The notes below the pieces were generated by a model. That model was not told the origin of the DNA. It worked only from the letters and a program-made list of their open reading frames with translations, and made no database searches. The translations under genes and the position numbers were made by a program. A stretch of 63,839 nucleotides of DNA, counting the filler, from Octopus bimaculoides (Eukaryota): the NCBI RefSeq assembly GCF_001194135.2. It is 9 parts of 9 records of this genome, joined end to end, with 100 filler letters (N's around TTAATTAATTAA, not from the genome) between each part and the next. Parts side by side here need not be neighbours in the genome. Positions count along the whole stretch, not along the records: positions 7,840 to 28,369 come from NC_069008.1; 8 more parts are not named here. The stretch is one strand, 5' to 3'. Every line of letters begins with the position of its first letter. Within the stretch, counting starts at the first letter, position 1. This document shows positions 10,801 through 22,800 of this stretch, piece after piece.

Positions 10801-13800
10801 TTCGTTCGATCGTTCGTTAGTTCTTACATACTTACGTACGTTCGTTCCCACGTACGTACGTTCTTTCGGTCGTACCTACGTTCGTTCGTACGAACATGCG
10901 TACGTTCTTTCAATCGTTCGTTCGTTCTTTTGTACGTACATACGTTCGTTCTTACGTACGTTCGTTTGTTCGTTCGTTCGTACATACGTACGTTCGTTCG
11001 TACGTACGTTCTTTCGTACGTACGTTCGTTCGTTTGTTTTTTCTTTCTTTCGTTCCATCGTTCGTTCGTTGCTTCGTACGTACGTTCGTTCGGTCGTACG
11101 TACGTATGTTCATTCGTTTGTACGTTCGTTAGTTCGGAGGTTCGATCGTTCGTTGGTTGGTTCGTTCGTTCGTTCCTACGTACGTACGTACGAACGTTCG
11201 TTCCTGCGTTCGTTCGCTTGTTTGTTCGATCGTTCGTTCTTTCGTACATACTTACGTACGTTCGTTCGGTCGTTCGTACGTACGTACGTTCGGTCGTTCG
11301 TACGTACGTACGTTGGTTCGTTCGTACGTACATGCATACGTTCGTTCAATCTTTCGTTCGTTCTTTTTTTCGTTCGTACGTACGTTCGATCGTTTGTTCG
11401 TTGGTTCGTACGTACGTTCGTTCGTTCGTTCGTACGTACGTTTGTTCTTTTTTTCGTTCGTTCCATCGTTCGTTCATTGCTTCGTACGTACGTATGTTCG
11501 TTCGGTCGTTTGTCCGTTCGTTAGATTGGAGGTTCGTTCGTACGTACGTACGTACTTTCACTCGTTCGTACTTACGTGCGTACGTACCTTTGCTCGTTCG
11601 TTCGTTCGGTCGTACGTTCGGTCGTTCGTACGTTCGGTCGTTCGTTCGTTCGTTCGTTCGATGGTTCGTTCATACGTACATGCGAACGTTCGTTCTTACG
11701 TGCGTTCGTTCGTTGGTACGTTCGTTCGTTCTTTTATTCATTCGTTCGTTCGTACGCTCGTTTGTTCCTTCGTACGCTCGTTGGTCCTTCGTTCGTTCGT
11801 CCTTACGTACGTACGGACGTACGTTCGTTGATTTGGTCGTTAGTTCCTACGTACGGACGAACGTTCTTTCGTACATTCGTTCGTTCGTTTGTTCGTTCGA
11901 TCGTTCGTTCATTCGTACATACTTACGTACGTTCGTTCGGTCGATCGTACGTATGTACGTTCGTTCATTCGTACGTACATGCGTGCGTTCGTTCGTACAT
12001 GCGTGCGTTCGGTCGTACATCTGCTCGTTTGTTCGTACGTTCGTTTGTTCGTTCGTACGCACGTACGTTCGTTTCTTCGTACGTACGTTCGTTCAATCGT
12101 TCATTCGTTCGTTCTTACGTACGTTCGTTCGTTCGTACGTACGTACGTTCGATCAATCGTTCGTTCCGTCGTTCGATCGTTGCTTCGTACGTACGTTTGT
12201 TCGTGCGTTAGTTCGGAGGTTCGTTCGTACCTACGTACGTACGTTTGCTCGTTCGTTCTAACGTACGTTCATTCGTTCGTTCTTTCCTACATACGGACGA
12301 ACGTTCGTTTCTTCGTTCGGTTGTTCGTTCGTTCGCTCGTTCGATCGTTCGTACATACTTCCGTTCGGTCGCTCGTACGTACGTTCGTTCGTTCATACGT
12401 GCATGCCTACGTTCGTTCGTTCAATTATTCGTTTGTTCGTTCGTACATACGTTCGTTCGTACGTACATTTGTTCGTTCTTTTGTTCATTCGTTGGTTCGG
12501 TCGTTCGTTCATTCGTTTGTTCGATCTTTCGTCCGTTCTTTTGTTCATTCGTTCGTTCCTACGTTATTTCGTTCGTTCGTTCGATCTTTCGTTTGTACGT
12601 GCGTTTGTTCGTTTTTCCTTCGTTCGTTCCATCGTTAGTTCGTTCGTTAGTTTCTTCTTCCGTCCGTATGTTCGTTCGGTCGGTCGGTCGGTCGTACATC
12701 TGCTCGTTTGCTCGTTCGTTCGTACGTTCGTTCGTACGCACGTACGTTCGTTTGTTCGTACGTACGTTCGTTCAATCGTTCATTCGTTCGTTCTTACGTA
12801 CGATCGTAAGTTCAATCGTTCGTTATTTCGTTCCTTCATTCGTTCGATCGTTCGTTCGTTCATTCGTTCGATCTTTCCTTCGTTCTTTTGTTCATTCGTT
12901 CCTTCCTTCGTTATTTCGTTCGTACGTACGTTAGTTCGTTTATTCTTTCTTTCGTTCGATCGTACGTGCATTCGTTCGTAGCTTCGTACATACGTACGTT
13001 CATTCGTTTGTTTGTTCGTTAGTTCGCTCGTTCGTTAGTTCGCTCGTTCGTTCGTACGTACTTACGTTCGCACGTACGTACGTACGTTTGTTCATTCCTA
13101 CGTAAGTACGGACGGACGGACGAACGTTCGTTCCTTCGTTTGAACGTACGTTCGTTCGTACGTTCGTTCGTTCGTACGTTCGTTCGTTCTTTTCTTCGTT
13201 TGTTCGTTCGTACGTTCGTTCGATCGTTCGTACGTACGTACTTACATTTGTTAGATCGTTAGTTCGATCTTTCGTTTGTTCATTCGTTCTTTCCTTCGTT
13301 ATTTCGTTCGTACGTACGTTTTTTCGTTTGTTATTTCGTTAGTACCGACGTTCGTTCGTTGCTTAGAACGTACGTTGAACGGACGGACGGACGTTCATTC
13401 GTTTGTTCGTTCGTAAGTACGTACGTTCGTTCGTTCATTCGTACGTACATGCCTACGTTCGTTCGTTCGTAAGTACGTACGTACGTTCGTTCGTAAGTAC
13501 GTACGTACGTTCGTTCGTAAGTACGTACGTACGTTCGTTCGTAAGTACGTACGTACGTTCGTTCGTAAGTACGTACGTACGTTCGTTCGTTCATTCGTAC
13601 GTACATGCCTACGTTCGTTCTTTCAATCGTTCGTGAGTTCGTACGTACGTACGTTTGTTCGTTCGCTCGTACGTAGTTCGTTCAATAGTTCGTTCGTTCG
13701 TTCTTATGTACGTACGTACGGTCGTTGGTTCGTTCTTATGTACGTACGTACGGTCGTTGGTTCGTTCGTACGTACGGACAAACGAACGTTCGTTCCTTCG

Positions 13801-16800
13801 TTCGTCCGTACGATCATTCGTTCGTGCGTTCGTTCGTTCTTTTGTTCGTTCGTTCATTCATTCGTTTATACGTACATTCGTTCGTGCGTTCTTTTGTTCG
13901 TTCGATCCGTCGTTCCATCGTTCGTTCGTACGTTCGTTCGTACCTACGTTCGTTCTTACGCACGTTAATTCGTTCTTTGCTTCGTACGTACGTTCGATCG
14001 TTCTGTCTTACGTACGTACGTTCATTTGTTTGTTCGTTCGTTAGTTCGTTAGAACGATGGAACGAATGAAATAACGAAAGAATGAAAGAAAGAACGAACG
14101 AAAGATCGAACGAAAGAACGAACGTACGTACGAACGAATGAACGAACGAACGAGCAAAAGAACGAACGAACGAACGTACGTACGTCCGAACGAACGAAAT
14201 AACGAAGGAAGGAAACAACGAACTAACGTACGTACGAATGAACGAACGATTGAACGAACGTACGTACGTACGAACGAACGAGATAACGAAAGAATGAACG
14301 AACGAGCAAAAGAACGAACGATCGAACATACGAACGAACGAGCGAAGGAACGTACGTGCGAACGAATGTACGTACGAATGAACGTACGTACGAATGAACG
14401 AACGTACGTAAATACGAACGAACGAAGGCATGAACGAACGTACGTACGAAACAACGAACGAACGTACGGACATACGAACGTACGGACATACGAACGTACG
14501 TACGGACGAACGTACGTACGTTCGAACGAACGATAAAATGAACGAAATAACGAAGGAATAAAAGATCGGACGAAAGATCGAATGAACGAACGATTGAACG
14601 AACGTACGCACGAACGAACGATGGAACGAAAGAAATAACGAATGAACGAAAGAACGAACAAAGATCGAATGAAAGAACGAACGATCAAACGAACGTACGT
14701 ACGTACGAACATACGAATGAATGAACGTACGTACGAACGAACGTACGTACATTCGTTCGTACGTACGTTCGTTCCTTCATTCGTTCGTACGTACGTTCGT
14801 TTGTATGTTTTTTCTTTCTTTCATTTGTTCGTTCGTTTGTTTGTACGTACGTTCGTTCGTTCCTACGTACGATCTTTCGTTGTTTCGATCTTTGTTCGCT
14901 CTTTCGTTCTTTCTTTCGTTCCTTCGTTATTTCGTTCGTTCCATCGTTCGTTCGTACGAACGTTCGTTCAATCGTTCGTAAGTACGTTCGTTCGTACGTA
15001 CATGCGTACGTTCGTTTGTTCAATCGTTCGTTCGTTCGTACGATCGCTCGTTCTTACGTACGGACGACCGTTCGTTCCTTCGTTAGTACGTACGTTTGTT
15101 CGTTATTTCGTTCGTTCGTTGTTCTTTTCGTTTGTTCGTTCCTTCATTCGTTCGTACTTACGTTCGTTCGTATGTTCGTTCGATCTTTCGTTCGTTCGTA
15201 CGTACGTTCGTTCGATCGTTCTTTCTTTCGATCTTTTTTCGTTCTTTCGTTCATTCTTTCGTTCCTTCGTTATTTCTTTCGTTCCATCGTTCGTTCGTAC
15301 GTACGTACGTTCCTACGTTCGTTTGTACGTACGTACGTTCGATCGTTCTTTCTTTCGATCTTTGTTCGTACTTTCGTTCATTCTTTGGTTGCTTCGTTAT
15401 TTCGTTCGTTCCATCGTTCGTTCGGACGTACGTACGTACGTTCGTTCGGACGTACGTACGTTCGTTCGTACGTACGTTAGTTCGTACGTACGTACGTTCG
15501 TTCGTACGTACGTTCGTACGTTCGTTAGTTCGTACGTAAGTTTGTTCGTACGTACGTTCGTTTTGTGCTCGTTCGTTCGTTCATTCGGTCGTACGTACGT
15601 TCGTTCGTACGTACGTTAGTTCGTACGTTCGTTAGTTCGTACGTAAGTTTGTTCGTACGTACGTTCGTTTTGTGCTCGTTCGTTCGTTCATTCGTTCGTA
15701 CGTACGTTCGATCTTTCGTTCGTTATTTCATTCATTCTTTCGTTATTTCGTTCGTTCGAACGTCCGAGCGTTCGTTCGTACGTACGTACGTTCGTTCGTA
15801 CGTACGTCCCTACGTACGTTCGTTCGTACGTTCGTTCGTTGTTTCGCACGTACGTACGTTCGTATGTTTCTTCTTTCTTTCGTTCGTCTGTTCGTTCTTG
15901 TTTCTTTCGATCTTTGTTCGCTCTTTCGTTCATTCTTTCGTTCCTTCGTCATTTCGTTCGTTCCATCGTTCGTTCGTACGTCCGTACGTACGATCGTTCG
16001 TACGTACGAACGTTTGTTCGTAAGTACGTACGTACGTTCAATCGATCGTTCGTTCTTTCTTTCGAACTTTGTTCGTTCTTTCGTTCCTTCGCTATTTCTT
16101 TCATTCGATCGTTCGTTCGTACGTACGTACTTTCGTTTTACGTACGTTCGTTCAATCGTTCGTTCGTTAGTTCGTACGTATGTACGTTCATTCGATCGTT
16201 CGTTATTTCGTTCGATCTTTCGTTCGTTCTTTCCTTCCTTCTTTCGTTCTCTCGTTATTTCGTTTGTCCGTACGTACGTTCTTTCGTAGTACGTTCGTTC
16301 GTACGTACGTTCATTCGTTCGTATGTTCGTTCGTTCTTTCGTTCGTTCGATCGTTCGTTCTTTCTTTCGATCTTTGTTCTTTCTTTCGTTCCTTCGTTAT
16401 TTCTTTCGTTCCATCGTTCGTTCGTACGTACGTACGTTCGTTCATTCGTACGTACGTACGTTCGTTCGATCATTCGTTCGTTCTTTCTTTCGATCTTTGA
16501 TCGTTCTTTCGTTCCTTCGTTATTTCTATCGTTCCATCGTTCGTTTGTACGTTCGTACGTTCGTTCATTTCATCGTTCGTTCGAATGTACGTACGTTCGT
16601 CCCTACGTACGTTCGTTCGTACTTTCGTTTGTAAGTACGTTCGTTCGTTGTTTCGTACGTGCGTTCGTTCGTTCGTTCATGCCTTCGTTCGTTCATTCGT
16701 TCGTCCGTACTTACGTACGTTCGTTCGTTCGTTCGTACGTACGTTCGTTCGTACGTACGTTCCTTCGTTCTTTTGCTCGTTCGTTCGTTCATTCATTCAT

Positions 16801-19800
16801 TCTTTCGTTATTTCGTTCGTTTCATCGTTCGTTCGTTCGTACGTTCGTTCATACGTACGTTCGTTCGTTCGTATGTACGTATGTTAGTTCGTTCTTTCCT
16901 TCCTTCGTTATTTCGTTCGTTCCCTCGTTCGTTCAGACGTACGTAGGTTCGTATGTTCGTTCGTTCGTTCATTCGTTCGTACGTACGTACGTTCGTTCGA
17001 TCGTTCGTTCGTTCGTAGGTACATGCGTCCGTTCGTTTGTTCAATTGTTTGTTCGTTCTTTCATTCGTTCCTACGTACGTTCGTTCGTACGTACGTTCAT
17101 TCATTCGTATGTTCGCTCGTTCGTTCGTACGTACGTTCGTTATTTCTTTCGTTCCATCGTTCGTTCGTACGTACGTTCGTTCAATCGTTCGTTCGTACGT
17201 TCATTCGATCGTTCGTTCGTTCTTTCGTCCGATCTTTCGTTCCTTCGTTATTTCGTTCATTTCATCGTACGTTCGTCCGTACGTTCGTTCGTTGTTTCGT
17301 ACGTACGTTCGTTCGTTCATGCCTTCGTTCGTTCGTACGTACGTTCGTTCGNNNNNNNNNNNNNNNNNNNNNNNNNNNNNNNNNNNNNNNNNNNNNNNNN
17401 NNNNNNNNNNNNNNNNNNNNNNNNNNNNNNNNNNNNNNNNNNNNNNNNNNNNNNNNNNNNNNNNNNNNNNNNNNNNNNNNNNNNNNNNNNNNNNNNNNNN
17501 NNNNNNNNNNNNNNNNNNNNNNNNNNNNNNNNNNNNNNNNNNNNNNNNNNNNNNNNNNNNNNNNNNNNNNNNNNNNNNNNNNNNNNNNNNNNNNNNNNNN
17601 NNNNNNNNNNNNNNNNNNNNNNNNNNNNNNNNNNNNNNNNNNNNNNNNNNNNNNNNNNNNNNNNNNNNNNNNNNNNNNNNNNNNNNNNNNNNNNNNNNNN
17701 NNNNNNNNNNNNNNNNNNNNNNNNNNNNNNNNNNNNNNNNNNNNNNNNNNNNNNNNNNNNNNNNNNNNNNNNNNNNNNNNNNNNNNNNNNNNNNNNNNNN
17801 NNNNNNNNNNNNNNNNNNNNNNNNNNNNNNNNNNNNNNNNNNNNNNNNNNNNNNNNNNNNNNNNNNNNNNNNNNNNNNNNNNNNNNNNNNNNNNNNNNNN
17901 NNNNNNNNNNNNNNNNNNNNNNNNNNNNNNNNNNNNNNNNNNNNNNNNNNNNNNNNNNNNNNNNNNNNNNNNNNNNNNNNNNNNNNNNNNNNNNNNNNNN
18001 NNNNNNNNNNNNNNNNNNNNNNNNNNNNNNNNNNNNNNNNNNNNNNNNNNNNNNNNNNNNNNNNNNNNNNNNNNNNNNNNNNNNNNNNNNNNNNNNNNNN
18101 NNNNNNNNNNNNNNNNNNNNNNNNNNNNNNNNNNNNNNNNNNNNNNNNNNNNNNNNNNNNNNNNNNNNNNNNNNNNNNNNNNNNNNNNNNNNNNNNNNNN
18201 NNNNNNNNNNNNNNNNNNNNNNNNNNNNNNNNNNNNNNNNNNNNNNNNNNNNNNNNNNNNNNNNNNNNNNNNNNNNNNNNNNNNNNNNNNNNNNNNNNNN
18301 ATCGTTCGTTCGTACGTACGTTCGTTCAATCGTTCGTTCGTACGTTCATTCGATCGTTCGTTCGTTCTTTCGTCCGATCTTTCGTTCCTTCGTTATTTCG
18401 TTCATTTCATCGTACGTTCGTCCGTACGTTCGTTCGTTGTTTCGTACGTACGTTCGTTCGTTCATGCCTTCGTTCGTTCGTACGTACGTTCGTTCGTTCG
18501 TTCGGTCGTTCCTTCGTACGTACGTACGTTAGTTCGTTGTTTCCTTCTTTCGTTATTTCGTTCGTTCGGACGTACGTACTTTCGTTCGTAGGAACGAACG
18601 AAAAAAACAACGGACGAACGAAATAACGAACAAACGTACGTACTAACGAAGGAACGAACGGTCGTCCGTACGTAAGAACGAGCTATCGTACGAACGAACG
18701 AACGAACAATTGAACAAACGAACGGATGCATGTACGTACGAACGTACGTACTTACGAAAGAACGTACGAACGAACGATGGAACGAACGAAATGACGAAGG
18801 AACGAAAGAATGAACGAAAGAGCGAACAAGGATCGAAAGAAACAAAGAACGATCGAACGTACATACGTACAAACAAACGAACAGACGAACGAAAGAAAGA
18901 AGAAACATACGAACGAACGTACGTACGAACGAAAGTACGTACGAATGAACGTACGTACGAACGATTGAACGAACGTACGTACGTGCGAAACAACGAACGA
19001 ACGTACGTAGGGACGTACGTACGAATGAACGATGGAACGAACGAAAGAATGAATGAAAGAAAGAACGAACGATCGAACGTACGTACGTACGTACGAACGA
19101 ATGAACGAACGAACGAGCAAAAGAACGAACGAACGTACGTACGAACTAATGAACGTACGAACGAACGTACGTACGAACGTACGAACGAAATAACGAAGCA
19201 ACCAAAGAATGAACGAAAGTACAAACAAAGATCGAAAGAAAGAACGATCGAACGTACGTACGAACGCACGCACGAACGTGCGTACGTACGAACGAACAAT
19301 GGAACGAAAGAAATAACGAATAAACGAAAGAAAGAACGATCGAACGTACGTACGAACGAACATACGAACGAACGAACGTAAGTACGAACGAATGAAGGAA
19401 CGAACAAACGAAAAGAACAACGGACGAAATAACGAACGGTCGTCCGTACGTAAGAACGAGCGATCGTACGAACGAACGTACGAACGAACGAACGATTGAA
19501 CAAACGAATGTACGTACATACAAACGAACGTACGTGCGAACGACGGTACGTGAAAACGAACGTACGTACGAACGATTGAACGAACGAACGAGCAAAAGAA
19601 CGAACGTACGTACAAACGAAAGTACGTACGAACGAACGAACGAACATACGTACGTATAAACGAACGATGGAGCGAACGAAATAACGAAGGAACGAAAGAA
19701 TGAACGAAGGAGCGAACAAAGATCGAAAGAAACAAAGAAAGATCGAAAGTACGTACGTACGAACGAACGTAAGTACAAACAAACGAACGGACGAACGAAA

Positions 19801-22800
19801 GAAAGAAGAAACATACGAACGAACGTACGTACGAATGAACGCACGTACGAACGATTGAACGAAAGTACGTACGTACGTAAGAATGAACGAACGAAGGCAT
19901 GAACAAACAAACGAAAGTACGTACGTGCGAAACAACGAACGAACGTTCGTACATTCGAACGAACGATCGAACGTACGAACGAACGTACGTACGAACTAAC
20001 GTACGTGCGTCCGAACGAACGATGGAACGAACGAAATAACGAAGGAAGGAAAGAATGAACGAAAAATCGAACGAAAGAACGGACTAACGTACGTACAAAC
20101 GAACGAACGTACGTACGTACGAACGAACGATGGAACGAACGAAATAACGAAGCAACCAAAGAATGAACGAAAGAACGAAAAAACATCGAAAGAAAGAACG
20201 ATCGAACGAACGTACGTACGAACGAACGAAAGAACGAACGAAATAACGAACAAACGTGCGTACTAACGAAAGAACGAACGGTCGTCCGTACGTAAGAACG
20301 AGCGATCGTACGAACGAACGTACGTACGAACGAAATAACGAAGGAACGAAAGAATGAACGAAAGAGCGAACAAAGATCGAAAGAAAGAACGAACGTACGT
20401 ACAAACAAACGAACGAACGAACTAAAGAAAGAAAAAACATGAGAACGAATGTACGTACGAACGAATGAAGGAATGAACGTACGTACGAACGAACGAACGT
20501 ACGTACGAACGATCGTACGTACGTACGTTCGAACGAACGAACGATGGAACGAATGAAATAACGAAAGAACGAACGAAAGAACGATCGAACGTACGTACGT
20601 ACGAACGAATGAACGAACGAACGAGCAAAAGAACGAACGAAAGTACGTACGTCCGAACTAACGAGGGAAGGAACGAAATAACGAAGGAAGGAAACAACGA
20701 ACTAACGCACGTGCGTACGAACGATTGAACGAACGTACGTACGTACGAACGAACGTACGAACGAACGAACGATCGTACGTAGGGACTTACGTACGAACGA
20801 ACGTTCGGACGTTCGAACGAACGAAAGAACGAAAGAATGAATGAAAGAACGAATGAAAGATCGAACGAAAGAACGAATGATCGAACGTACGTACGTACGA
20901 ACGAACGAGCAAAAGAACGAACGTACGTACGAACTAACGAACGTACGTACGAACGAACGATGCAACGAACGAAATAACGAAGCAGCCAAAGAATGAACGA
21001 AAGTACGAACAAAGATCGAAAGAACGATCGAACGTACGTACGAACGTAAGCACGTACGTACAAACGAACGTACGTACGTACGAACGAACGATGGAACGAA
21101 AGAAATAACGAAGGAACGAAAGAACGAAAAAAGATCGAAAGAAAGAACGATCGAACGAAAGAACGAACGAACGAACGTAAGTACGAACGATTGAAGGAAC
21201 GAACAACGGACGAACGAACAAACGTACGTACTAACGAAGGAACGAAAGAGCGAACAAAGATCGAAATAAAGAACGAAAGATCGCACGTAGGAACGAACGA
21301 ACGTACGTACAAACAAACGAACGAACGAATAAAAGAAAGAAAAAACATACAAACGAACGTACGTACGAACGAATGAAGGAACGTACGTACGAACGAATGT
21401 ACGTACGAATGAACGTGCGTATGAACGATTGAACGAACCTACGTACGTACATAAGAACGAAGGAAGGCATGAACGAGCGTACGTACGAAAGAACGAACGT
21501 ACGTAAGTTCGAACGAACGATGGAACGAATGAAATAACGAAGGAACGTAAGAATGAATGAAAGAACGAACGAAAGAAAGAACGAACGATCGAACGAACGT
21601 GCGTACGTACGAACGAACGAGCAAAAGAACGAACGAACTAACGTACGTACGTCCGAACGAACGAGGGAACGAACGAAATAACGAAGGAAGGAAAGATCGA
21701 ACTAACGTACGTACATACGAACGAACGAACGATTGAACGAACGTACGTACGAACGAACGAAAGAATGAACGAACGAACGAGCAAAAGAACGAAGGAACGT
21801 ACGTACGAACGAACGAACGAACGAAGGCATGAACGAACGAACGTACGTACGAAACAACGAACGTACGTACAAACGAACGTACGTACAAACGAACGTACGT
21901 ACGGACGAACGTACGTACGTTCGAACGAACGATGAAATGAAAGAAATAACGAAGGAACGAAAGATCGGACGAAAGAACGAACGAATGATCGAATGAACGT
22001 ACGTACGAACATACGAACGAACGTACGTACGTACGAATGAACGAACGAGTGAACGAAAGTACGTACGTACGAACGAACGATGGAACGAAAGAAATGACGA
22101 AGGAACGAAAGAACGNNNNNNNNNNCGGACGAACGTACGTACGTTCGAACGAACGATGAAATGAAAGAAATAACGAAGGAACGAAAGATCGGACGAAAGA
22201 ACGAACGAATGATCGAATGAACGTACGTACGAACATACGAACGAACGTACGTACGTACGAATGAACGAACGAGTGAACGAAAGTACGTACGTACGAACGA
22301 ACGATGGAACGAAAGAAATGACGAAGGAACGAAAGAACGAACAAAGATCGAAAGAAAGAACGAACGAACGTACGAACGAACGAAAGAACGAACGAACATA
22401 CGAATGAATGAACGTACGTACTACGAACGAACGAAATAACGAGAGAACGAAAGAAGGAAGGAAAGAACGAACGATCGAATGAACGTACGTACGTACGAAC
22501 GAACGAACGATTGAACGAACGTACGTACGTACGTACGAACGAACGATGGAATGAAAGAAATAACGAAGGAACGAAAGAACGAACAAAGATCGAAAGAAAG
22601 AACGATTGAACGTACGTACGTACGAACGAACGAACGAAAGAACGAACGAACTTACGAATGAATGAACGAACGAACGTACGTACGAACGAATGAAGGAACG
22701 AACAAACGAAAAAAACAACGGAAGAACGAAATAACGAACAAACGTACGTAATAACGAAGGAACGAACGGTCGCCCGTACGAAAGAACGAGCGATCGAACA

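Noticed and set aside
17156-18496. 196-bp exact duplication (17156-17351 = 18301-18496)
   Set aside because: It flanks an N gap; most likely an unmerged contig overlap.
21902-22339. 214-bp exact tandem duplication
   Set aside because: Separated by a 10-N gap; an assembly overlap artefact. The same applies to 34476-34583 and 41907-41936.
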